From Eggerthellaceae bacterium (GTDB lineage Bacteria; Bacillota; Clostridia; Christensenellales; UBA1242), in NCBI GenBank assembly GCA_963602685.1, contig CAVCJG010000005.1:15047-79046 (forward strand): a stretch of 64,000 nt of DNA, given 5' to 3'. The translations under genes were made by a program, and so were the position numbers. The notes beneath the pieces were generated by a model. It had not been told where the DNA came from and did no database searches. It saw nothing but the letters and a program-made list of their open reading frames with translations. Each line of letters opens with the position of its first letter. Position 1 is the stretch's first letter. This document shows positions 52,220-60,611 of this stretch, one piece after another.

Positions 52220-52293
52220 GTAAGAAATAATATCACACCCTCTGTTTTTTTTCAACAAAAAAAGGTGTTTTATTCACACCTTTTTGTTTCGAA

Positions 52294-53094
52294 CTAGTCT
52301 TTGTATTCAGTAGGGAAGATCATAACATATCTCTTAGGTTCTGTTCCTTTTGACATTGTTGTAACCTTTGCATTGTCTTGAAGTGCCAAGTGAATGATTC
52401 TTCTTTCGCTTGCGTCCATTGGTTCAAGTTTTGCATATCTTCCGCTTTTAATCACTTTGCTTGCCATTCTGTTTGCAAGTGCTTTAAGTGAATCTGCTCT
52501 TTTTTGTCTGTAACCACAAACATCAAGAACTTGTTTTTTGTCGCCACGTTTGCAGATTGTTGTCATAAGATAAGAAAGTGCAAACATTGTTTCGCCACGA
52601 TAACCGATAAGTTCGCTTAAATCTTCGCCGTCAACTGCGATTCTAATTACGCCGTCGTCTTCGATTTCGCTGACTTCTCCGTCTTTACCCATTGCGGCTA
52701 AAAGTCCTTTAACAAAGTCAACTGCAAGTGGACGATTGTTTTCGGCCTTTTCTTCTTTAACAAGTTTTTTCTCTTCTTTTTCAGCCGCTTTTTCTTCTTT
52801 CTTTTCTTCTTTTGCGGCTTTCTTTTCTTGTTTCTTTGTTTCTTTTTCTACTTTTTCTGCTTTAACTTCGACTGGCTTTTCAGGTTCTTCTTCTTGCTTT
52901 TTAAGTTGTTCTCTTTTTTCATATTTATCAATAACATCGTCAGAAATTGTAACAACAACTTTTGCCTTTTTGAAAAGTCCACCTTCTGTCAAAATTTTAA
53001 TATCGACATCTTCTCTTGGTGCTTTAAGTTCGAAGAGTGCATTTTCGATTGCTTGTTCAATATTTTTTCCGGTCGCTTCAACGCTGGTTTTCAT
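52294..53094 (-). CDS. jag: Jag/KhpB RNA-binding protein (Jag_N, KH, R3H)
   Basis: N-terminal GKNIEQAIENALFEL, K/E-rich linker, and ERRIIHLAL in the R3H domain. Confidence 0.88.
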   Translation of the reverse strand: MKTSVEATGKNIEQAIENALFELKAPREDVDIKILTEGGLFKKAKVVVTISDDVIDKYEKREQLKKQEEEPEKPVEVKAEKVEKETKKQEKKAAKEEKKEEKAAEKEEKKLVKEEKAENNRPLAVDFVKGLLAAMGKDGEVSEIEDDGVIRIAVDGEDLSELIGYRGETMFALSYLMTTICKRGDKKQVLDVCGYRQKRADSLKALANRMASKVIKSGRYAKLEPMDASERRIIHLALQDNAKVTTMSKGTEPKRYVMIFPTEYKD

Positions 53095-53121
53095 TTTGTT
53101 TTCCTCCTTAGAAGCATTTTA

Positions 53122-54516
53122 TCACTTTCTTCTATAATCTACAACTGATTTTAACTTTTCGTCTTTTTTCTTTTTGTCATGGTCTTCCCACTTGTTTATA
53201 ATCAAGTTTTCAAGTGGAGCAAGTGCCGCGCTTATTGCTTGGCTGACAACCAAGTAAATAGCAAACACTGAGTTGTAGAAGATTGCAAATATGCCCATGA
53301 TAAGTGGCATTATAAACATCATTACTTTGTTGTTTTTAACAGGTGCTTCGCCTTTCTTTCTGCTTGTAAGATTTCCTAAGAATATTGAAAGGAAGCTTAC
53401 GCCGATGCTGAGAAACGCTAAGATTAAATAACCGTTTACTCTTCCCACATTTTTATCAAGGCTTGGCATGAATGAGTTGTAAATTGTTTGTTCATATTCT
53501 GAAACATTGTTTGCTCCGATTTCGGCTTTGAATTGATCAAAGGTGAATACTGAGCGTTTGAATGGGCTGTCCGCAACCCAATAGTTTGCAATCCACAAGA
53601 ATGAAGATTTTTCATCAGCATTTTCATAAACTGTTTTCATATAAGTATTTGCAAACGCTGAGATTGTGTCGTTTAAGTTGTATTCTGTTCCGGCAACGCT
53701 GATTTGTGTTTTTCCTTTAAAGTTAGGATTTGTGACAGGATTTCCTTCACTGTCTGTTATTTGATTGCCTTCTGCGTCAAGATAAGGTTGTTCAACAATA
53801 AGTTTTGAAACCAAATCATAAACTGCTTTGTCGTTTGAAATAACTGTTTCTTTTTGTTTTTGATTTCCTTCTTCGTCAAGCACAGGATTTCCTTCGCCAT
53901 CTACTTCTGGTTCAAAAACTGAATATTCAAAAGTTGATTTGTATTTTGTGCGGGCGATTTCTGTTTCGCCGTTGTATGCCACAAAATCTTCGCCTTCAAC
54001 TTTAAAAGTAATGTTGTCAAAGTTTTCAAACATTTCATATCTTGATGCGTCAAACTCTTGATTTGAAAGATTTAAAACGTTTGCATAGTTGTTTTTTAAG
54101 TTTTCATATTCTTGGCTGATTTTGTAATCTGCCATTGCATTCAATCCAGAAAACAGTGTGAAGAATATAAGCAAATTCAAGGTGAGGAATATCAGCATAA
54201 ATCCTAAACTTCCGCCCATTGAAACGCCACTCTTTTTATAAAGTTCTTGCGTCTTGCGGCTGAGCAGGTTTTTATCATTTCCATATCTTGCTTTGATTTT
54301 TTCGAGTTCTGGTTGAAGTTCGGCTTGCAAGCGTGCATTCTTTTTGCTTATCTTTTTGTTTATCGTGTCGAAAGGTGCCCATATCACTCTGATTATAAGT
54401 GTGATCAGAACAATCGCTAAGATATAACTTCCGACGCCGCCTTCAAATGCTTTTATAATGTTTGGCCAAAAGCCGTTTGGCTCACTTACTGCGCCAATTA
54501 AATTAAATAAAGCCAT
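53122..54516 (-). CDS. yidC: YidC/Oxa1-family membrane insertase with a large insertion (464 aa)
   Basis: Conserved TM core (ILAIVLITLIIRVIWAPF, LGFMLIFLTLNLLIF, PLIMGIFAIFYNSVFAIYLVVS). An extra hydrophilic segment of about 200 aa lies between TM2 and TM3. No lipobox. Confidence 0.85.
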   Translation of the reverse strand: MALFNLIGAVSEPNGFWPNIIKAFEGGVGSYILAIVLITLIIRVIWAPFDTINKKISKKNARLQAELQPELEKIKARYGNDKNLLSRKTQELYKKSGVSMGGSLGFMLIFLTLNLLIFFTLFSGLNAMADYKISQEYENLKNNYANVLNLSNQEFDASRYEMFENFDNITFKVEGEDFVAYNGETEIARTKYKSTFEYSVFEPEVDGEGNPVLDEEGNQKQKETVISNDKAVYDLVSKLIVEQPYLDAEGNQITDSEGNPVTNPNFKGKTQISVAGTEYNLNDTISAFANTYMKTVYENADEKSSFLWIANYWVADSPFKRSVFTFDQFKAEIGANNVSEYEQTIYNSFMPSLDKNVGRVNGYLILAFLSIGVSFLSIFLGNLTSRKKGEAPVKNNKVMMFIMPLIMGIFAIFYNSVFAIYLVVSQAISAALAPLENLIINKWEDHDKKKKDEKLKSVVDYRRK

Positions 54517-54573
54517 GTGCGCCTCCTGTTTGATTTAAATAAATAGGCAAACAATGCCTAAATTAAAGTCAAG

Positions 54574-54885
54574 TTATTTTTCAAAGAGTTTTTTGATTTG
54601 ACGTTTTAACTCGTCAAATTCAAGTTCCGCTGCGCCTGGACGAACTAACAAAACATAATTTTTAAAGTTTTGTGGCAAGTTCTCGGTGCGGATGATTTCT
54701 CTTAGCCTTCTCTTTAATTTATTTCTTTTGTTTGCCTTTCCAATCTTTTTCGAAATAGAGTATCCTATTTTGTAAGATTCATATTTACTGTCGACTGAAA
54801 AAAGGGTAAATAGCGCAGTCGATGTCCGTTTACCTTTTTTATAAATGTATGAAAATTGACTCGCCTTTTTCAGTCTGTGATCCAT
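54574..54885 (-). CDS. rnpA: Ribonuclease P protein component
   Basis: Basic 103-aa protein with KANKRNKLKRRLREIIR. Immediately downstream of rpmH. Confidence 0.88.
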   Translation of the reverse strand: MDHRLKKASQFSYIYKKGKRTSTALFTLFSVDSKYESYKIGYSISKKIGKANKRNKLKRRLREIIRTENLPQNFKNYVLLVRPGAAELEFDELKRQIKKLFEK

Positions 54886-54895
54886 TTTTTAATCC

Positions 54896-55030
54896 TTACG
54901 CAGCAAGATTTTTTCTTCCGCGAGCGCGTCTTCTTTTGATAACGTTTCTTCCGCCGTTGGTTCTCATTCTTTCTCTAAAGCCATGAACTTTTTGTCTTTT
55001 TGCTTTTTTAGGTTGATATGTTCTTTTCAT
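54896..55030 (-). CDS. rpmH: 50S ribosomal protein L34 (44 aa; below the ORF-track length cutoff)
   Basis: Manual translation: [53 protein letters not shown]. Confidence 0.93.
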   Translation of the reverse strand: MKRTYQPKKAKRQKVHGFRERMRTNGGRNVIKRRRARGRKNLAA

Positions 55031-55062
55031 CAGTCGACTCCTTTTAATAGTTTAACTCACTA

Positions 55063-55091
55063 AGTATAAAAGAAATAGTTTTGTTTGTCAA
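55063..55091 (-). promoter_or_regulatory. rpmH promoter (TTGACA-17-TATACT)
   Basis: Minus-strand TTGACA = 55091-55086 and TATACT = 55068-55063. Confidence 0.65.
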
Positions 55092-55111
55092 CTTAAATTT
55101 TGCTTATTAAA

Positions 55112-55142
55112 TAAAAAAAACTAGGCCTAATAAGGTCTAGTT
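55112..55142 (-). terminator. Weak terminator after dnaN
   Basis: CTAGACC / GGCCTAG hairpin (one A-C mismatch on the minus-strand RNA) followed by U8. Confidence 0.45.
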
Positions 55143-55157
55143 TAATTTGTGATTATT

Positions 55158-56258
55158 TTATCCAAACATTCTTACAGGAAGAATTAAATACAAGAATTCG
55201 TCGCCTTCTGTTGGAACAATAACGCATGGGTTTGATGATGTGTTTAAGCAAAGTTTAACAAATTCGTCGTTGCTTGCTTTTAAACTTTCCAAAATAAATC
55301 TAGGGTTGAAAGCGATTGTCACATCTTTGCCGTTTAAAACTGCTGAAATCTTTTCTTTAATGTTTCCGATTTCTGAGTTTGATGTAAGTTGAACAGCGCC
55401 TTCTTTAATGTCGAATTTTACAAAGTTGTTTTGTCCAACTTTTGAAAGGAGTGAAACTCTTTCAAGAGCATCTTCAAGTTGAAGTTTGTTTACGATTACA
55501 AATGTTTCATAGTTCATTGGAATGATTTGTTTGTAGTTTACAAAATCGCCTTCCAAGAGTCTTGAAATAATCTTTGTGTCGACTGTGTCAATCATGATTG
55601 CGTTTGAGTCGATGTAAACGTTGATAATATCGTCGCTGTCGTCAAGAAGTTTTGAGATTTCGTTGAGTGAGCGGGTAGGGACAACAATTTGTTTTTTAAC
55701 ATTTGCTGTTGCCTTTTTCTTAACACGTGCAAGTCTGTATCCGTCAAGCGCTACTGTGCTGATTTCTTTTTGGTCAATATCAAAAAGCACGCCTTTCAAA
55801 ATTGGTCTTGAATCGTCAAGCGCTACTGAGAAGATTGTTTTGCTGATAAGTGCTTTCAAATCTTTTTGGCTGATTCCAAACCATTCGTCAGTTTTGAGTT
55901 TTTTAAATCCAGGATATTCAACTGCGTTGTAGCATTGAATGATGCTTTCGTTTCCGTCATAGCGAATGAGAAGTTGGTTTTTGTCGTTTACTTCAAGTTC
56001 GATTTCTGAGTTTGAAAGTTTTTTAACAAACTCGGTGATAAACTTTCCAGGAACAACTGTTTCGCCTTCAACTTTAATGTCCGCTTTGATTTTCTTTTCA
56101 ATCGAAAGGTCAGTATCAGTTGCACTTAAAGTAAGTTCGTTGTCTTCTGCTGAGATTTTAATTCCTTCTAAGATTGGATTTGTTGGCTTGTTTGAAAGTG
56201 CTTTACTTACTCTTAAAAAAGCATCTGATAATTCAAGTCCTGAACAATTTAATAACAT
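55158..56258 (-). CDS. dnaN: DNA polymerase III beta sliding clamp
   Basis: 366 aa, typical three-domain clamp. C-terminus LILPVRM. Confidence 0.92.
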   Translation of the reverse strand: MLLNCSGLELSDAFLRVSKALSNKPTNPILEGIKISAEDNELTLSATDTDLSIEKKIKADIKVEGETVVPGKFITEFVKKLSNSEIELEVNDKNQLLIRYDGNESIIQCYNAVEYPGFKKLKTDEWFGISQKDLKALISKTIFSVALDDSRPILKGVLFDIDQKEISTVALDGYRLARVKKKATANVKKQIVVPTRSLNEISKLLDDSDDIINVYIDSNAIMIDTVDTKIISRLLEGDFVNYKQIIPMNYETFVIVNKLQLEDALERVSLLSKVGQNNFVKFDIKEGAVQLTSNSEIGNIKEKISAVLNGKDVTIAFNPRFILESLKASNDEFVKLCLNTSSNPCVIVPTEGDEFLYLILPVRMFG

Positions 56259-56473
56259 AATTTTTCTCCTTTGGCGCGCGCCTTTGATATATTATTTTTT
56301 TATTTAAGTATTAGTAATAATAGTAGTGGGTGTGTAAATGTGGATAAGTCGATAATTTTTTGTTTCAAGTGCAACATTTTGCTTGTTTTTGTCGAATGTG
56401 ACACCATATATAGTTTTTGTTTGAGTGGGCAAAATGTTTATAACTTGTTTACAAAAATATTTTTTTATCCACT
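56259..56473. other. Predicted oriC unwinding module in the dnaA-dnaN spacer (DnaA boxes, TAG-type trinucleotide array, AT-rich tract)
   Basis: Perfect DnaA box TGTGGATAA at 56339-56347. 8/9 box TTATCCACT at 56465-56473. TAT-TAG-TAA-TAA-TAG-TAG at 56309-56326, separated from the box by the G-rich TGGGTGTG. Almost pure A/T tract at 56286-56320. GGCGCGCGCC palindrome at 56273-56282. Confidence 0.6.
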
Positions 56474-57811
56474 TGTCAACATCTTTTTGATTTCGCTGAC
56501 AAATGTTTGTGTTTTGCGGTTGGTTTTCATTTCGTCGGATATCTTGTCACGTGAGTGCATGATTGTTGTGTGATCTCTTCCGCCGAATATCTTTCCGATT
56601 GAAACAAGTGGAAGTTCAAGCATTTCGCTTATCATATATATAGCAATCATTCTAGGCTCTACAATTTCTTTGCTTTTCTTTTTGCCGACAATGTCGTCTC
56701 GCGAAATTCCAAAGTATTCACAAACTGCCGATATGATTTGGTCGGTGTTTGCTCCGCCTTCATTCTTTTCTTCATACTTGTCGCTGAACGCTTCTTTAAC
56801 GTCGGAAAGGTCAGCCGATGTTTTGCCTATCAGGTTTGAAAGGAAACATACTTTTGAAAGCATACCTTCAAGTTCACGAACGTTTGAATCAATTTTGTCT
56901 GCAATGTATTCAATCGCGTCGTCGCTTATTGAGTATTTTTCGATTTGGCATTTCTTTCTTAAAATCGCAACACGAGTTTCAAAGTCGGGTGGAGTAAGGT
57001 CTTGTGTCAGGCCTTGCAACAGGCGTGAGCGCAATCTTTCTTCTAGTGTTGGAATTTCTTTTGGATGACGGTCTGAAGCAATTATGATTTGCTTGCCATA
57101 TTGAATAAGATCGTTAAAGGTGTTGAAGAACTCTTCTTGCGTGCTTGTCTTTTTTGAGATGAACTGAATATCGTCGACCATTAAGACGTCGCAATTTCTG
57201 TATTTATCTCTAAACTCTTGATAGGTTTTGTTTTTGCCTGTCGAGCCAAGTGATTCAATATAGTCGTTTGTAAACTGTTCGCAAGTAACATATCTTATTT
57301 CAAGTTTTGGACTGTTTTGTTTAATATAATTTCCGATTGCGTGCAAAAGGTGAGTTTTGCCAAGTCCAACACCACCATACAAAAACAATGGGTTGAAAGT
57401 TTTTCCTGGATTTTCTGCAACTGCTTTTGATGCGGCATATGCTGTTTGATTTGATTTGCCCACAACAAAATTGTTGAAAGTGTATTTTGGATTGAGTGGA
57501 TTTTTAACAGGTTCGATATCTTTTGTTTCGGCAGGCTTGTTTTTAGCAACATATTTTGCTTCTTCGTCTGGATCCAAAATTTCGATTTCAATGTTTTCGC
57601 CAAAAATGTCATCGACAGCCGATTTGAGTTTGTCGAAGTAGTTTTTTAAGATTTGATTTTTAGCAAATGTGGATTTGGCAGAAATAAAAAGCACATCGTC
57701 TGCAAGGTCGATAACTTTTGAATCTTTAAACCACATTGAATATGAAACGTTTGAAAGCGATAGTTCCAATTTTTCTAAAACAATGTTCCATAAGTTGTTG
57801 GTGTCGTGCAT
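56465..57811 (-). CDS. dnaA: Chromosomal replication initiator protein DnaA
   Basis: AAA+ Walker A GGVGLGKTHLL. Domain IV with IFGGRDHTTIMHS. Confidence 0.95.
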   Translation of the reverse strand: MHDTNNLWNIVLEKLELSLSNVSYSMWFKDSKVIDLADDVLFISAKSTFAKNQILKNYFDKLKSAVDDIFGENIEIEILDPDEEAKYVAKNKPAETKDIEPVKNPLNPKYTFNNFVVGKSNQTAYAASKAVAENPGKTFNPLFLYGGVGLGKTHLLHAIGNYIKQNSPKLEIRYVTCEQFTNDYIESLGSTGKNKTYQEFRDKYRNCDVLMVDDIQFISKKTSTQEEFFNTFNDLIQYGKQIIIASDRHPKEIPTLEERLRSRLLQGLTQDLTPPDFETRVAILRKKCQIEKYSISDDAIEYIADKIDSNVRELEGMLSKVCFLSNLIGKTSADLSDVKEAFSDKYEEKNEGGANTDQIISAVCEYFGISRDDIVGKKKSKEIVEPRMIAIYMISEMLELPLVSIGKIFGGRDHTTIMHSRDKISDEMKTNRKTQTFVSEIKKMLTSG

Positions 57812-57943
57812 TTTGTCCTTCCACTTTTAAATATCTATTACAATTTTACACATTAAACCAAATTAAGTCAAACAAAACAAAAGTTTACAAAAAAGTTTTT
57901 CAAACTGTTTAAGTTATTTTGTAAATGTGCTATATTATAAGTG

Positions 57944-59023
57944 ATGAAATTGCAATCAATCCATCTTAAAAACTTTCGTTCTTATTCAAACGCCGATGTT
58001 TCCTTTTCGCCCGACGTTAACTCTATCGTTGGCAAAAACGCGCAAGGAAAGACCAATTTGATTGAAGCGATTTACTTTACTTGCATAGGTAAAAGTTTTC
58101 GCACAAGCAAGGAAAAAGAGCTTATTAAGTGGGGCGAAGAGAGCGCCGCAATTTCGATAGTTGCGAAAAACGAATTTAGAGAGAAAAAACTTGACGTCAT
58201 CTTGCAAAAGTCGCAAAAAAAGATTGTAAGAATGGACGGAATTAATATAAGAAGAATAGGCGACGTGCTTGGCGAAGTGCCTATCGTGTTTTTTTCGCCG
58301 GACGAACTTAAACTTGTTAAAGAAAGCCCAGAAGAGCGCCGCAGATTTATGAACATTGATATTTCGCAGACAAACAAAAGATATTTTTATTTGCTTTCGA
58401 GATATGAAAAGATTTTGGACAACCGAAACAAACTTTTAAAATCCACACAAAATAAAGATGTTATTTTAGAGACCATCGACATTTGGAACAAAGCATTAGC
58501 CTCCGCCGGCTTAAAAATTGCAAACGAGCGAAAACAATTTATACAAGAAATTGCGCCTTATGCAGAAAAGGCAAACGAGTTTATTTCAAACGGCGAAAAA
58601 CTTCAAATCGCATACAAAGGCATCGACGTTGAAAGCGAAGAAGAATACATTAAAAAACTTGAAAAAAGTTTTGATAAAGATTTTAAACTTGGCTTTACTT
58701 CGTTTGGCCCACACCGAGACGATATTGACATTTTCTTAAATGGCGTTGAAGTGAAAAGTTTTGGCTCGCAAGGACAGCAGAGAACGGCTGCGCTTTCGCT
58801 TAAACTTGCCGAACTTGAAATCATCAGAGAAAGAACGGGCGAATATCCAATTTTAATTTTAGATGATGTGTTTTCGGAACTTGACGAAAATCGTCGAAAA
58901 AGACTGATAAAGTTTACAAATAGATGTCAAACGTTTATAACAACCACCGATATCAACTTTACACAGTCACTTGCAAACAATATCATCATTGATGACGGCA
59001 AAATTAGCACGGCCGGACATTGA
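57944..59023 (+). CDS. recF: DNA replication and repair protein RecF
   Basis: KLQSIHLKNFRSY, Walker A GKNAQGKTNLIEA, signature FGSQGQQRT and Walker B ILILDDV. The track ORF starts at GTG 57941; the adjacent ATG at 57944 is preferred. Confidence 0.9.
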   Translation: MKLQSIHLKNFRSYSNADVSFSPDVNSIVGKNAQGKTNLIEAIYFTCIGKSFRTSKEKELIKWGEESAAISIVAKNEFREKKLDVILQKSQKKIVRMDGINIRRIGDVLGEVPIVFFSPDELKLVKESPEERRRFMNIDISQTNKRYFYLLSRYEKILDNRNKLLKSTQNKDVILETIDIWNKALASAGLKIANERKQFIQEIAPYAEKANEFISNGEKLQIAYKGIDVESEEEYIKKLEKSFDKDFKLGFTSFGPHRDDIDIFLNGVEVKSFGSQGQQRTAALSLKLAELEIIRERTGEYPILILDDVFSELDENRRKRLIKFTNRCQTFITTTDINFTQSLANNIIIDDGKISTAGH

Positions 59024-59063
59024 CAATAAAAGTAAAATTTGATAAAATTTACTTGAGGGGAAA

Positions 59064-60254
59064 ATGTTAGAACTAGACGAAAACAAAGTGCACAAAATTG
59101 AATCGTTTGAACTTGAAAAGTCGCCAACAGAAAAATTGGTTTGTTGTTATGTTGACGACGAACTTCGCAACGGCAAAATTGACAGCCGTGGCAAGAAAAG
59201 CAAGTTTTGGATTTGCAACGAAAAAAATATGCAAGCCTATCTTTTAAAATACAGCGACCAAAGAATCAGAACCGAAGAAGATGCAGGCCAGTTTTTAATG
59301 TGCGGAATTTTGGATCAACTCAAACTTCCATATGCTAAATATCTTGTTGCTGATTTTGAATGTGACGGCGTTAAATATGATGCCATTATAAGCAAAAACT
59401 ATAAAGAGAATGAAAACATTTTCGAAATGTCTGGATATGCTGTAAATCAAAAGTATAAAGACACCATGTATGACAACAATTTTGGCGAAAAAATAAATGA
59501 TACAAACAACGTTGAAGACTATGCCAAAATGATTCAATTTATGTATAAAAAGAACAACATTGACTTTGAACAACTGCGCACAAACATGCTTAAATATTGT
59601 CTTTTGCAATATGTTTACGACATGAGCGATTTGCACTATTACAACATTTCGTTTAGTTATGATAAGTCAATCGGTCATGATACATTTAGACTTAATCCTT
59701 TTTATGATTGCGGAAATATTTGCTTTTTAAATTTTTCGGATAAAAAGATTAAACACAATGTCGAACAATATTCTAAGTGCCGCGATAAAAACGGCAGAAT
59801 GAAATTTATTAAAAACTTAATGTATTCAAATATGCCTATGCTTGGAGTTAAAACTGACATTTCATATATTTACAAAACTGAAAGTCAAAGTTTTACTTGC
59901 CGACCAAACTGCGAAAAGTGCAAAGGCGAAAGCATGATTAAACAGGCCGAACGCGACCTTGCAATTTTGCAAAACGAACTTGCCGATGAAATTGTCACAA
60001 ATCCACAACTTTTTGAATTTTATGAAAGCGTTAAAAAAGTGGATTTAGACTTGGCTGCGAAAAAGTATAACGAGATAAAGGAAAATACAATTCCAGCATT
60101 TTGCATTGATATGGTTAAAGCGGTGTCTTGCGAAACTTCGCGTATGCTTGACAAGATTGTAAAGACAAAACTTAGCAAAGAGAAAAAACTCACCGATACA
60201 AAAGCGGTTGAATCTAAACCTAAGGAGGCTGAAAATGATAAGCCTGTTTTATAA
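59064..60254 (+). CDS. HipA-like Ser/Thr kinase domain protein lacking the N-terminal HipA subdomain (HipT-like)
   Basis: GKKSKFWI (P-loop equivalent of GAQxK). Catalytic-loop MSDLHYYNISF (DxHxxN). FRLNPFYDCG (LaPxYD Mg-binding motif). GAGGGG RBS. Confidence 0.65.
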   Translation: MLELDENKVHKIESFELEKSPTEKLVCCYVDDELRNGKIDSRGKKSKFWICNEKNMQAYLLKYSDQRIRTEEDAGQFLMCGILDQLKLPYAKYLVADFECDGVKYDAIISKNYKENENIFEMSGYAVNQKYKDTMYDNNFGEKINDTNNVEDYAKMIQFMYKKNNIDFEQLRTNMLKYCLLQYVYDMSDLHYYNISFSYDKSIGHDTFRLNPFYDCGNICFLNFSDKKIKHNVEQYSKCRDKNGRMKFIKNLMYSNMPMLGVKTDISYIYKTESQSFTCRPNCEKCKGESMIKQAERDLAILQNELADEIVTNPQLFEFYESVKKVDLDLAAKKYNEIKENTIPAFCIDMVKAVSCETSRMLDKIVKTKLSKEKKLTDTKAVESKPKEAENDKPVL

Positions 60255-60564
60255 AGAATTCGAACTTGGCGTTTTGTCATATGATAATGACAGCAACGAG
60301 TTTGTTTACAACTCAAATATAGAAAACGAAAAGAAAGCCGATGAAAAATATTTTGGACTTGAACTTTACAATCTTTTCGGCAGCAAAAATCGTCGCAGTA
60401 AAAATCTGTTTTCACAGTTCTGCGAAATCGCCGGTTGTTTAAATCGTCCAGATATTGTTCGCATGGCTGGAATCGAAAAAGGGGACAGCCTTTATCAAAA
60501 ACTTGAAAAACTTTCAATGTTAAAATTAAACGACGAAGACTATTTTATTCGCTTTAAAAAATAG
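60235..60564 (+). CDS. HipA N-terminal-subdomain-like small protein (HipS-like, 109 aa)
   Basis: Start at the ATG at 60235 with a perfect AAGGAGG 6 nt upstream, overlapping the kinase gene end by 20 nt. MISLFYKEFELGVLSYDNDSNEFVYN follows the HipA N-terminal pattern (L.V.....vG.L.......F.Y). Confidence 0.55.
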   Translation: MISLFYKEFELGVLSYDNDSNEFVYNSNIENEKKADEKYFGLELYNLFGSKNRRSKNLFSQFCEIAGCLNRPDIVRMAGIEKGDSLYQKLEKLSMLKLNDEDYFIRFKK

Positions 60565-60576
60565 GCGTTTAAGCGC

Positions 60577-60605
60577 TTGACAAATTGATAAAAAATATTT
60601 ATGAT
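60577..60605 (+). promoter_or_regulatory. Promoter TTGACA-17-TATGAT for the Asp T-box leader
   Basis: TTGACA 60577-60582, TATGAT 60600-60605. Confidence 0.55.
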
Positions 60606-60611
60606 TTTAGT

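Noticed and set aside
57812-57940. dnaA-recF spacer as the main DnaA-box cluster of oriC
   Set aside because: There is only one 7/9 box (TTTTACACA) and no AT-rich unwinding tract. The spacer is largely occupied by the two divergent promoters. The dnaA-dnaN spacer is the better origin candidate.
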